A stretch of DNA of 63,657 nucleotides, filler included, from Collodictyon triciliatum (lineage: Eukaryota): NCBI GenBank assembly GCA_043381765.1. It is 6 parts of 6 records of this genome, joined end to end, with 100 filler letters (N's around TTAATTAATTAA, not from the genome) between each part and the next. Parts side by side here need not be neighbours in the genome. Positions count along the whole stretch, not along the records: positions 1 to 15,079 come from JBHJMP010001725.1; positions 15,180 to 30,258 come from JBHJMP010001726.1; 4 more parts are not named here. The stretch is one strand, 5' to 3'. Shown here piece after piece: positions 14,586 to 27,899 of this stretch. A program made the translations under genes and the position numbers. The notes under the pieces are model-generated. The model made no database searches, was not told the origin of the DNA, and was given only the letters and a program-made list of their open reading frames with translations. Each line of letters starts with the position of its first letter. The first letter of the stretch is position 1.

Positions 14586-14992
14586 TATTCTATTTATACA
14601 AAAAATATTTCCCTTAAATCACATAAAAGAGATAGAACAAGAATTCTATTTAGTCAAAATACTTTTAATTGGAAGGTTTCATCACATCATTTACATACGA
14701 GAACCCCCCATAATTCACATATTATACCATAATTATCGCGTCTATCCTTTGGAAATAACATAAAAATATATTGATATGAACTAAAAAAATAATCAATTTA
14801 CCATATTTTTCATGAAAAATGGTGATAGCACCCAACCCCAGTATGTACTCGAGCTATCCCCTTGTATGGAACGAAATTTTAACTAATTCGATTAGCGTAC
14901 TCTCCAATAGGGTAGGGGGGTTTTTTTTTGCTTAATTATTATTTGTTTTATTTGACGGGCACATATTGATTTTGTAAAAGACAGTGTTTGGA

Positions 14993-15079
<87 letters not shown>

Positions 15080-15179
15080 NNNNNNNNNNNNNNNNNNNNN
15101 NNNNNNNNNNNNNNNNNNNNNNNTTAATTAATTAANNNNNNNNNNNNNNNNNNNNNNNNNNNNNNNNNNNNNNNNNNNN

Positions 15180-18100
15180 TGAAACTTGACTCCGAAGAAG
15201 GTTCACAAGTCAAATGATATTTTATTTTTTATTTTTTTTAATTCAATAAATTAAATGAGCACTCATTTTGTTTTTATGCCTTTGTTGTAGGGAAGGAAGC
15301 TTTGAAGAAGGGACTAGACCACATACTCAAGCTTGCATCGAGAAATGAGTCGATTTCAATAATCTGATTTAATTAAAATAATATAATATCTGACGAGCCT
15401 ATCAATACAGAAAAAAGCAGGTTGTCTTGGTCATCGATGCATTCAACCAGTTGGTCAATTCAGAGCAAAACAAGCACGTCCACCGCCTTGAATGGCTTCC
15501 CAAAAAGACACCAAAGAACATCTCCATCGTTGCATCAACCATCGACACCCACGAATCATGCGATGTTTGTTAATTTTTTCGAGGTTATAATATGCTTGAA
15601 TTAATCCAATCGCTTTTAATTAGGTTGCCAAGTCAGCAGGGTTAGATGTCATTCCTGTGTCGAAGCTTGATGATGTTGGAATCAGACACGCAGCCACCTC
15701 TTTCTTCAAGCGCTACAACAAGACCTTGAACGAGAAACAGATGGAAATGATAATTAGTGACCGTGATGATACTGGTGATTATAGCTAATAATTCGAATAT
15801 TTTTATATTTTATTGTTAGGACACATACTTTTTTATAATTGTGAATACGAGAACAGGTCATCCACTCTACCTGCGCATTGTGCTGGATGAGCTCCGTGTT
15901 TTTGGAGTGTACGAAAGAGTAGACTCCGAGCTTCTTGAGATGCTGGAGACAAAGGGAGTTGTCGATTTGTTCGACCTTGTGATGAGTCGCTGGGAAAAGA
16001 AATACGGTTTTGTGATACATCTAAAGTGTTTTAAATATGAGTTTATTGACCTGTGTGCAATTTTAGGAAAAGATATTGTCCGTCTGTCCATCAGTGTCCT
16101 TTATGTGTCGCGCATCGGTCTTGATGAAAACGAGCTGGACAAATACATGGAGCATCGACTTAACCAAATTCACATGCAAATCAACCATGCAACCTGGTAT
16201 ATCGATTCCTGTCATATGATTCATATGTGTCACTTTTGATAAATCGTATTTTTTATTTTAGGAAATCGTTTCTTTTTGTCTTGCTGGACTCGCTCTTTGT
16301 GAGGAACGGGAGGTGATAAGGGTATTCATATGTTTCTTAATGATTGTTATTGTTAATCACAATGTCTTTATTAGATACGCGTTCTCTCACCAGTTATTGG
16401 CACAATCCATCAAAGAGCGATACTTTAAGGACGAAGCGTACACAACAAGTGAAGCACGTGAATATGGATTGTGGCTGCTGGGTGAATACGGCTCTGACAC
16501 TGAAGACAAGAGTGTTGTTGCCGAAATATGCCACAATCTGAGGATTTCGAGCGAATATGATACACTAGTGAACTTTATGAAGAGTGAAAAGGTTAAATTG
16601 TGGATTTTATTTTTATTATTATGACATGTGTTGTAATGTAGTTTTTAGGTGGTTCTGAGCATGCTGGATGGCAACTATCGCTTCGAGTTTTATGAATGCT
16701 GGAGAGAGCTGAATAAGAACGGTTATGACCACAAAGTCGTCTATTGTGAGTTGGCCAAGGTGATAAAACTCAATTACATGTATCAATATTGAATTTATCT
16801 TAATGATATGTACAACAGCAGCTAAATCCTGCTGGCTCTGCGCTGGTTGAATATTTTCAAGAAATTCAAGAGAATGACTTTTTGATTCCGATTCTCGAGC
16901 ACCGCATTTCTGTTGAGACGGATGAAGGTTTGGTCATTTGATTTGGATTTTATGGGTGTGTTGATAACTTTTGGTTGGCTTTTATTAGGTTCGAATAGCA
17001 AAAATATGAATTATCTGGGAATTGTTTATCGTCAACTTGGAAAGTATGATTTATTTAATTATGTATATTTGCATTTATCATTTAATTGACTTATTATTTA
17101 ATAGACATGAAAAAGCCTTGGAGTACTTTCACGAATCAGTGGAAATTCGACTGAAGGTGTATGGAGAAGTGCACCCTGATGTTGCCACTTCATATAATAA
17201 TATTGGGCACGTTTACGATGAACTTGGAAAGTATTTTTTTATTTGATTATATGTTATATTTATCATTTAATTGACTTATTATTTAATAGGAATGACAAAG
17301 CCCTTGAATACTACCACAAATCATTGGAAATCCGACTGAAGGTGTTTGGAGAAGTCCACCCTGATGTTGCTGAGTCATATAATAATATTGGGGTGGTTTA
17401 CAATAACCTCGGAAAGTATCTTTTATTTGATTATGTTTATGTATATGTGTATCCTTCATTAACTTATTATTTAATAGACATGACGAAGCTCTGGAATACT
17501 ACCACAAAGACCTTGATATTACAATGAAAGTATATGGAGAGAATCACCCTGATGTTGCCACTTCATATAATAATATTGGGATGGTTTACAATAGCCTTGG
17601 AAAGTATCTTTTATTTGATTATGTTTATGTGTATCCTTCATTAATGTATTATTTAATAGGAATGACAAAGCACTGGATTACTTAAACAAATCATCGGAAA
17701 TCCGACTGAAAGTGTTTGGAGAAGTCCACCCTGAAGTTGCAACTTCATATAATAATATTGGAAATGTTTACGATGACCTTGGAAAGTATCTTTTATTTTG
17801 CTATATATTTATGTTTATCTTCTGATTGTCTTATTATTTAATAGACATGACAAAGCCCTTGAATACTACCACAAATCATTGGAAATCCGACTGAAGGTGT
17901 TTGGAGAAGTCCACCCTGGTGTTGCCACTTCATATAATAATATTGGAGGCGTTTACAATAACCTTGGAAAGTATCTTTTGTTATTGTATATTTATGTTTA
18001 TCCCTTCATTAACTTATTATTTAATAGGCATGACAAAGCACTGGAATACCATCAAAAATCACTTGAGATTAAGCTGAATGTATATGGAGAAGTCCACCCT

Positions 18101-18292
18101 AGTGTTGCGGTGTCATATGGGAATATGGGTAATCTACTTATGAACCAGGAGAAATACCAAGAGGCTTTCGACATGTATCAAAAAGCCAACACGATATTCA
18201 AGACTGTCTATGGTGCAGACCATCCTCATACGAAGCTTTCAGAAAAGCAAATGATGAGCGTGCAGAAGAATTCAAGATGTTCAATCCAGTGA
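15180..18292 (+). CDS. NACHT-TPR NLR-like protein (NPHP3/TEP1-type NACHT), 5' part in the gap; C-terminal CaaX
   Basis: Walker B VVLVIDAFNQL, WLP motif, GHPLYLRIVLDELRVFGVYE, SRIGLDENEL, YAFSHQLLAQSIKERYF, then 42-aa TPR repeats (ALEYYHKSLEIRLKVFGEVHPDVATSYNNIG). Ends ...KNSRCSIQ*. Confidence 0.9.
17044..18150 (+). repeat. Tandem exon+intron duplication units (~185 bp), each encoding one TPR
   Basis: Exons 17105-17230, 17290-17415, 17478-17603, 17660-17785 and 17845-17970 are each exactly 126 nt with phase-2 borders. The introns are mutually similar (gtat...ttattatttaatag). Confidence 0.92.
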
Positions 18293-20903
18293 CTCGTCTG
18301 TTACCCACCCCATCTAAACAACCCATTCACCCACGCATACACCACCCTTTCCACAAAAACGAGTACAAGTGAGTACTATCGATGACCGCCAAGCCGAACG
18401 AGTGCAGACGACCGCTAGCTTGTTCGCAGGGGCTGGATGAAAAGAATAAAAAAACTCAACCAACGTAACCTTTCCAGCAGTTGCCGATAAACGTGACACG
18501 TCTCCTGTTTGTTTGATAATCGACCTTGAGTATGTGTCTCAGGCGAAAAGAATGATTATGTGTTGGTTATCATTGTGCTACTGAGGCGTTTGCTTTCATT
18601 TGATTCATTCATATTATTTTTTTTCGCTTGGTTAAATGTTGCAATGTCAGCTTCATGGACACAATCTTTTCTTTTTCTTCTTGCGCCCACAATGATGGTG
18701 GGATGTACCAATACATGCACTCGCTTTGTGTGCCTTTATTCTGTTATATATTTTATTCATCGACTTACTTGAAGGCTATTCATATCCTGACTGATTGCAC
18801 TGTCTGTTGCGTCTGCAGTTGTTTGATTATTCGGCGAAATGTTTTGTTGTTTGTTTTGTATAAGTTTATTGGCTCCACAGGGCGATTAGTCTCGGTTTTT
18901 TCTTTGGCATTCACCTGCTGACTACATTTCTTTTTGTTTACTTTTTTATTTCTTCTCTGTTGTTTTTATTGTTTTTTTTTATTGTTTTGCTTTTATTGTT
19001 TTCTGTTTTTTCTTTTTATTTCTTTTATATTTTTTGTTTCTCATTTTTCTCACTCCTCTTTGTTCCTCTACATTTTTTGCTATGCTTTTATTGAAATAAC
19101 AATTTGAGGTTTATAGCTGTCCAGTCATAACATAATAACTCGATAAAATCCTTTTATAAACCTTATCACCATCCTATATTAAAAAAATGATAATTATGCT
19201 ATTGTAGCATTTATCAATATTTGACACTAGAGAAGGCATTATACACGGTAACTAGCAATGTTACAAACTGCCACCCACTGCTAATCTTACGTATTCTGAA
19301 GTAGATATGCACAGTTATCCGTGAAACATAATCTCAAGTCGGCTGCATCCGTGAGCAATTATTGACATATCCAAATAATAAAATCTTGTGAAAGAAAGAC
19401 ATTTTTATTTGTTTTAAGATTGTAATCTGCTAAACAATTTTATTCTACAACACTTTTTTAAAATATGGAATTATTTATGCACGACGGCTCATAATAAAGT
19501 TCAAAAAATTGGGGTTGGTAACCTGGGGTAAGTATATTTTCGCCAAATAGTTCGGTATTTTCAAGCAGCACTGTACACAACTTCCATTTTCACATTCAAT
19601 ATAGTCGACTTAAGTGTAAGACTATTTTTTATGCCTTAGGCGATAACAAATCTTTCTTTAAGTTTAATCATGTCCATCATCATTTTAGTATCCTTGCTTA
19701 TTCGTTATGTTACGGGTATGTGCATTAGAATATGGCCAATAGAAAATAAATTGACTCAAGAACAAAAATATGTCTAGCGAACCAAGTTATTTTTAACCTT
19801 TAAATCATACATCAATAATTAAACAAATAAATAACATGATGAAACACAAATTAATCGACAGATAAACAAGACAAAAATACCAAAGTGTGTCTTCAAGTAA
19901 AAAAAAAAAACATAAAAAACATGGAACATTTTAACATAGACATAAAAAATAATTATATATTTTCCATAACTTAACATAAAATGCCCATTCTTAATAGCAA
20001 TAAGATATTGCCTTGGCATCATAATATTATCGAGCCATACTCACTCAAGCATACATATATTTTGGGCCAAATACTGCAATTAAAAAATTCACCAAAATTT
20101 ATCCACACTGCAAATATGTATACACCCTAATCTATCAACTTAATGCTATATGAAGGAAGAAAAAACTCTCGAAAGTATTTTAATAATGCCAAAAAAACCT
20201 GCCCATAAGTTCAAGTGTGTCAAAGGATATTTGTAACTATTTTAAATCGTGTTATGGTCACCATTGGTAATAATTTTATATCGCTCTGATGCTTTAAAAT
20301 AAATAAATAAATAAAAATGTACCAAATAATCAAACCCAACGCTTTAAAAAGTAAACAAATATATCAAACATAACCAAGTTCCAATAAAAATAAATTCAAA
20401 AACAGTTACTTTCTAGTAAAATTTGCCTAATCATTTTTCTGTAAGCCATCAATCACAAAGACCAATATGTAATAGATAGTGCAGTATAAACCATATTTCC
20501 CGCACAAAAACTAGATATTCACTTTCATCATACTGGATTTTTTAAAACATATTCAAATGCTAGACATGAATTTTACAAATAATATATTTCACGAACCATG
20601 AATATACTCTTTTTATATTATATTCATTTCGTCTCAAATAATAATGAGACACTTGATTTACCCAACCATTCGACTGTTCTTAATAAGTCATTAACAAATG
20701 ATGCAAAATAAGATTTTGAGATATCAATAAGCCACTGCACACTGCAAGCGTAATCGCGGTCTTCAAGAGCCAACAATGATCATGCGGCCCATATACTATT
20801 TTTTTATTAAAAATCACAATATTTACGCATTAATGATGGTGTTGCTGATGCACACAAATCATAGCAGTAATGATAATGATTATAATATATGAACTGGTTA
20901 CAT

Positions 20904-20953
20904 TTTTTTCCTTTATTCGATTCAAAGTGCAGCGTGGTTATGCCATACAAAAA
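20904..20953 (-). mobile_element. Ultra-short insertion, copy 2, with 26 extra nt
   Basis: Core 20904-20927 plus TGCAGCGTGGTTATGCCATACAAAAA, between perfect 15-bp repeats ATGAACTGGTTACAT (20889-20903, 20954-20968). Confidence 0.9.
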
Positions 20954-21239
20954 ATGAACTGGTTACATAAAGTTGAACATAAAACTCATCAATAGTTAAA
21001 TTTATTTATTTTTTTTGTCAATTTATCGTTAGCGCATCCCTATATTTAACCTACCTACACCGTCCTAAAGTTCGATATATCTTGATAAATACCATGCGCA
21101 TAGCCATATTGTACTTTATTTCGTTTTAACAAAGTTGCCTTTCTATTACCTTTTTTTCTTTTTCTTCCTTTCAATTTGTCCAAAATGACGGAGGTTTTGT
21201 ATTTGATGCATTACCTTTTCTTCTACAGTCCAATAATAA

Positions 21240-24200
21240 AGTTGTGCCTTCGCTACAAAGTATTGACACAAGTCGGATTTGGGCTACATGTCAGGTCGGA
21301 GCAGAAACTGAATTTAGGATTCCCTCCTATGCACCTAGTAAGTATCAATAATAATCTCATCACATATATTGCTACAATATCCTAGATTCTAGACTTCAAC
21401 ATCATCCATGGCCAGATTTCATCGAACTATAACTATTGCGCATAATACTTTATTTTAAAATAATATAAAAATAAATCACACGGGTCTATTATTTCTTTTA
21501 ACATATAAGATTCTACAAATCCATTAGCATGAAAAGGTCTTGAGGCCAATTTATTCACTAATAATAAATCAGCGTCGTTGTAATTAAATTCCCTCGAATT
21601 CCAAACAATATAGTCAACTTTGTGCGCTATGAACATAAATAAAAATTATTGATACAAAACAAAATTAACATGAAAATTAAAAAAGTCAGTATCAATCATA
21701 GATGATGTGCCATACTATTAATTTATTACCTGCGATTTTAATTTTTTATGCATATACTGTATATTTTCTTGTACAGCATTACTCATATCAATGCGTGCCA
21801 TTTCCCACCAAATCAAATCGATTGACATTTATTTGCATAATTCTGAGAGTTTCTACTCTATCCACATCAATCAGCACATATTCTCATTAATCCACACCAT
21901 CTGCTTCCATTTTCGGTAGTGACCGTTTGCCCTATCACAACACCTCAACTACCTATACACACAGCACCCTTCTTTCCCCCTAACCCTAACCCTAGCTCTG
22001 ACCCTATAAGGCACAGGCACAGGCCATGATTCATACTATATTGGGTGCCCCTGAATAGCAAATCCCTGATTTATTCTGGATTCTGCCGAATGTAGTCGCC
22101 ATTGACTTAGGAAACAAGTCATTTTCAGGAGACGTTGGTGTTTTTGTAGTTTCAGCTCCAGAAAATTACAATTACTTTTATGAAAACCTTTTATTTGATT
22201 ATAAAAAACTATGGAGAATTGAATTGAAGACTTTTCAACTTTATCATTAACATAAAAACATTAGGCATTAAGAACAACAAGATCACTAAACTTGATGAAG
22301 TTACAACTCTATTGAGATGGACTTCCCTTGACCTCACTGGAAATCCGATTGTTGGAAGCATTCATGAATCATACGTTGCATTTTCAAAGCTAAAGAATCT
22401 AGGATTTAATGAAATATTGGTGAATCATGGAACAGCTAATTTTCTGCCTTATTTCATGAATTTTACAACATCTTTCAATTTTCAAGACGAAACTAAACGC
22501 TTCCTATGTTCTTCAATAGTTTCGAAATCTGGTCTGATTGAGTTGCAGGTTGACTTGAATCCATAATGCTATGATTTTGAACTTTGTAAATGCTTACCTG
22601 AGTACTTTGGCTTTGTAAACAATTTCATTTAATGATCAAGAGGTGCGAATGCCTCGATGGAACAACCTTGAAATTCTGCCATGCTTCACCAAGTACTACC
22701 TCTGTGAAATCAATACTACCGTGTCCACGTCGCGAGTCATGTGGTGTACCGATTTCGCTGAAAATTTCGAATTCAAGTACCATGGTCGAAATTATAAACC
22801 TGTTTCAAGAAGGTAATGAAGATAATGCCTGTTCAAAATGCCAGAATGGATAAGGAAATCAAGGAAGGTCGTGTGTAAAATGCGATAAAGGAACGATTTA
22901 TTCTACTCTGATGATTGGTTTGATTGGATTCGTTATGTTTATTTGCTATCTGTATTTCACAGAAACAATGAAATCAGGTAAATTTACCATACTATGTACA
23001 CTTCAATTTTTGTATACTAATCAGAATATTTCTTGGAGCGAAACTCAGGATAATCATGTTCCAAATGCAAACACTGTCGATTATGTCTAGTTTACTCTTT
23101 TTTTCAGAAGATACAAACAGCTTTATCGAAGTCTCATATTTGATTGGCTCAATCCAATTTCCCAGCCTTTTCTGTGCCCTTGGAGTAGACGATGTGTTTG
23201 TTTCCCTGATTTTCAGTTTTGCAAGAATACCAATCTTTATTATTATTGGTTCAGCCACGTACTATTTCGTACATGGACACAAACAAAACAAAGTATGAAG
23301 ATATATTGTTCAATTATGAGCTATTCATGTTTGTTTCAGTATATCTTGTGTAATTCTAAATTATTTTTTGGCAGGCCGTTTTAATCACCTTGGATCTTTT
23401 GTTTTTTATATACTACTCGGTCGCAAGAGAGGTTTTTGAGGTTTTTGGTGTTTTCGGTTGCACCGTTTATGACGAAGGTGTGGGTAAATGGCATCTGAAT
23501 TTAAATCCCTGGATTCTATTTAGCCCATTCTCTTATAAAAATATCAGAAACTCCTTGCGATATCTGTCCTGGTTTTCGTTCTTTTCTTGGTCAGTCTACC
23601 TTTTTTTTCTGTGGAAAGTTAAATTTATGTCAGAAAGACCTGGATTCGACCCAGGAGCTCGATATGTATTCCTTTACTTGCCATACAAAGAGGCACTTAA
23701 TTCAATGTTCTTTCACTTTTCATACTCCACCGTGAATTTTTATGAGACTAATATTATTTAGACCTTCAAGTATTTGGAATTTGTCATAACCGCACGCTGC
23801 ATCGCTTTTTCCTTTGTGCTCAGTGTCGCTCCATACACAAGCCCAGCGGTTTTCTTCGTGCTTTTCATCATCTTAATTCAGGTTGAATAATATTTATAAT
23901 ATGACAAAATACGAGATTCTTTTGAAAAATAAATATTTTATCAAGCAAAAACTGTTAGAGTTCAATTTGGATGCAAAAAGAATACAAACCTTAGAATCCA
24001 AAAATCGAAAATCAGATAGAGTTGTCCAGCCTCTACATTATTTCTGTCCTTTTTTCTTTCGCTCATGTGGACTCTTTTTTGAATCACAATCAGGGATTAC
24101 AGTTTTGCTGATTTGAATGAACTCAATATGGTTGCTTTATTTTTTGTCAATCGCTTTTGTGATTCCTCTTTTCTGAATCGGCGAAATCAAAAAGACATTG

Positions 24201-24290
24201 GTCAAGATCAAAAATCTGAAGAATGGAAAACGGTTATTTGATCTATTATTGGATTCATCAATAAACAGATGAAAAATATCAAATAAATGA
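21240..24290 (+). pseudogene. Decayed LRR + Cys-rich + multi-pass membrane receptor-like gene
   Basis: LRR fragments (VVAIDLGNKSFSG, IKNNKITKL, WTSLDLTGNPIVGSI), Cys-rich fragments (CKCLPEYFG, CSKCQNG, CVKCDKG) and TM-region motifs (VFGCT..WHLNLNPWI, YVFLYLPYKE, EFVITAR). These are interrupted by several stops and frameshifts. Confidence 0.65.
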
Positions 24291-25149
24291 ATTACTATTC
24301 TCTTTAGAAACAATATATTGTAATGTGTTCTGATTATTTTCTTTTCTTCAACAGTTTCAATTCATCTTATTTTTTTTCAGTTTTTTATACTCTTTTAATC
24401 ATAGATGCTTTGATTCACGTCATTTATTCCAAGATATGTTTTTTTATTGCCGTATTCTTGTAAAATGTCATTTTACTCAAAGCCGATAAGCGACTGTTAC
24501 TTCGAGACCATCATTAATTTATCAAAATAATCGTATTTTCATTTTATCATTTGCAATCATATACGTTCTCTTCGATATCGTCTGGTTTAATTAAACCATC
24601 GATGGGCCCCAGTGAGGCCTTGCACGAGGCTGGCGACAGTGAGCCTCGTGTGTGGTCGAACTTGCATCTGGATACAAACCTCCCTATCAACCATTTTTCA
24701 TGTGCCATTATTTAAGATTGCGATTTATTATGAAATTTTCAAAGACGAAGATGGCTTTGTCCGCCTTCGGGGCTGGCAACGGCTCATTTTCTCTTTCTCA
24801 AACCGTGAGAATATGCGCAAGCTGCTGCGACCTGTAATGAAAGCATGAAAGTGCGACGAAAAGGACGAGATTTTCATGATGAAAGACTCAGCCCTCGGAC
24901 CCATTATCTCTTTCAAAAAAAAGAAAATGCATCCTCCTTCATTATGGGCTGAATTTTCAGTCCCTCAATCACCAATATACCCTCATTTCAGCAAAAACTG
25001 TCTTGAAGGTCGTACACCTGTCCAATATCCTGTTTAATCCAACTGTGGCGATATTTTTGAAGCCTCATTATGTCCTTCATATCAATCAATCATAATCGAC
25101 CACAGTTCAAGAGGTATTTAAATCTAGCAAATGGTTAACACTAGCCAAT

Positions 25150-27500
25150 CAAATAGGTAAAGATACTGCTCTTCTGCTTCTCGAGCATGATGGAAAACAC
25201 GAGCTGCATCTGATAGAGAACGCAAGCCGCGACCCGCCGAAGGCTTCGCAATTTGCAGCCAGCTCTTCAGGTTCCAACGCTGGTGCGATAAAACCCCGAG
25301 TGGCACGTAAGTCTAGGAAGACCCGTGCAAGGAAGCCGCCTGCAAGTCTGTCGAAGCAGAAAGAATTTTAGAAGGTATCGAGCAAGAAGTCTACAACAAG
25401 AACAAGGCCCGCAGACTCACAGATGCGCTCGCCTCCTTCTTGGAAGCGAACAAACTTTGGGAAGTTCATCCAATTGCGCTTACCGGATAGTGAAGGCCTT
25501 TGCCTGATTGCCTTCCGCACTGCAGAAAACGCCCGAAAGCTTCTGGAGCTGAAACAGGTAAGTTTGATCGATATTACAAACAGCTTCAGCAGAATTAAAC
25601 CAACAGAGACCTCGGTGATGCTCTACCAACTATCGCTGGATGTGTGGCCGCAACTCCTTCGTGAGGAGCTGAAGCCGTTCAGACCGACCCACGTGGACAA
25701 CAAAAATGAAAAAGGCTTTTTCACAGACACGGTCCTGGTGAATCTTTTTTGTCACAAGAACCAGCTCCCAGCAAAGTTTACGGCCATGGGAAAAAAGTGT
25801 CCAAAGCGCATCCTCAAAGAGCATCCACCAGCCGCAAAGAACGAAGGGCAAGTAAAAGCCCCGCAAAATAATTCACCTGCCAAGCAGACAAGCAGCAACG
25901 GGGTCAAGGAAGCCAAGGCCAGGCAACAACTGAGCCCGCAAGACTCACAGCAGATACGCACATACAGCGACAGCGGCGATGACACGGAAGGAAATCTCGG
26001 TTCCTCTTCAGAATCCTCGCACTCGAGCCCTCCATCGCCACCACCGGACAAGCCCGCACATCGCAAGACCCAAGAGCAGCGCATCTCCAAACCCCGAAAG
26101 AAATCCCATTTAAACTACCCATTCAGACTGACGTGAATATGGTTAACATAGGAGGCATCAAGATAGTCTTCGTTACTTATCCGAAAGGATACTCCAAAGC
26201 GAAGGCAACACAAGAACCAGCGCCCACCAAAGATAGTCCGTTTATCCTGTCCCAGCCCGTCGCACCGAGAACCAAGGAGCAAGAGCAAACAGCACAAGTC
26301 GAATCCAAGCTTGGAACTTCACCTAAAGACAGTCCGAGCAAGCAGGAGTGTATGTTTCTAAAATCACAAACGCGTATCCATACTCCGGTTAAGCAAAGTC
26401 CACCGCAGGCTACGCATAGTTCCGAAACCAGGGGACGGTCAAGAGCTACTTTCGCTTACAGCCAGATAAACAATAATGTATCGCTTTTTGTCTTTCTCGC
26501 ACAGCAAGAAACGCAAGGAAAGTGACCCATTCTCTCCTCAAAAGACTCATGCTGTGGAATGAAATAGGATGTAAACCTTGTCTGAGATAGATGGTTGAAA
26601 GGTCTCGTCGGAATCGATTTGAGAAGTAACTGCCATGTGCGTACTTTCATCCACCCGACAACATTATCCGCTCTTCTGTCAGTCTCGAACACAACCAGAA
26701 AAGCGTTATCAGAATGAACACGAGCCCATCGTCACGGAGGTCAAGTCGATATACGCCTCTGCGGGGTCTTTTTTAGCACCTACCTTAGCAAATACAGCAA
26801 CCAATGATATATGCTGTGCCTACATGTATTCTGCTCTATTTGAATCAATAACGTTTCTACTGCCTCAAATAAATAACTTTCGTTCAAGTATAGATTATGC
26901 TGTAATCCTGACCCTATGGACTATGGGACGTTTGCTGAGCTAAAAGCACGGGGCTATGATGCAATTTTCCAGGGAGTCATGAACTCAGCCTTTAAAGAAA
27001 TTATGGGTAAAAGAGACCACCAAATACTCGAATGTGATAGAAATGCAGAGGGCATCCGATAAATTTAGGATGCTACTTATTACTGGGTTAGGTGTGGGGA
27101 AAAGGCCCTTTAGCGAAAAATTATGTTCCGAATCCCTATTGAGATGTGCTACATGTGCGTTGGAAGACCGAAATCATCTGTATGAACACGTGAAACTCAA
27201 TTGGCTGGGACTCGACATTCACACAGCCATTGCCACTAAAATATAGAGGCTCTAAACAGGAGAAGGCTGACTGGCGCCAAATATTAAATCTGTCCTGGAG
27301 AAAATACTACAAGAAAATCCAGCAAAAGTTTGTGATACTCAGCTACTTGAATTTGCCGTGGGATTGTATTTCCCTTTAACTAAATTCTCGTTTATATCTA
27401 AGCTAGCGCAAATTACTAAGAGCACTACTGAGCTCCAAATAATCATTGAAGAATCAAAGGCCGTAATAGATCGATTTTTAGACAACTTCAGGAAAGATGC
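25150..27500 (+). mobile_element. Decayed non-LTR retrotransposon (L1/Tx1-like): ORF1 relic plus ORF2 fragments
   Basis: Intronless, GC-richer region. ORF1-like RRM segments (LCLIAFRTAENARKLL; SVMLYQLSLDVWPQLLREELKPF..GFFTDTVLVNL..QLPAKF) are followed by an S/P/K-rich tail. There is an endonuclease-like FLAQQET motif (~26500) and a C-terminal Zn-motif relic CATCALEDRNHL (~27150). The region is frameshifted and no RT core was recognised. Confidence 0.6.
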
Positions 27501-27899
27501 AAGTGTGAAGACAAAGGTATACTATCAGCATTATGTTACCAAAAATGAAATCAGATTATATACCATTTTTGACATAGGTATAAACTAAAAGAAATAACCA
27601 CAATAAAACATTTTTCCCTCATTCGTTTCAAAGAACCACAATAAAATTTAATCCAGCTCGACGCGTTGAATAAGTCCATCCTCGCACTGTTGGAGAACTC
27701 CCAGAGCAGCCTCATGTACGAAATGCATCGAATCCACATTTCCAAGCTAGCCCTGCGGAAGTTGATTGAAAAGCCCGAATGCGAGCGCTCCCTAGTTCAG
27801 ATGGGCAACGCACTGCGCTTCGCCAATCAAGTCCTTTAATCCAAATACAACGACACGAATTGAAATTGCCCCAATTACCTTTTTCTCAAGACTGCTGTA

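Noticed and set aside
15124-15135. TTAATTAATTAA between N-runs (also ~30303, ~45471, ~60622, ~62056)
   Set aside because: Identical motif centred in equal-sized gaps with stops in all frames; a scaffolding spacer, not biology.
17044-18150. Regularly spaced repeats resembling a CRISPR array
   Set aside because: The units are TPR-coding exons plus introns; there are no unique spacers and no cas genes.
19100-20880. Possible degraded transposon or gene in the AT-rich spacer
   Set aside because: No sustained reading frame, recognisable motif or terminal repeats found by eye.
21978-22007. CCCTAACCCTAACCCTAG interstitial telomere-like repeat
   Set aside because: Only two perfect units, adjoining another short hexamer repeat; too short to support a telomeric origin.
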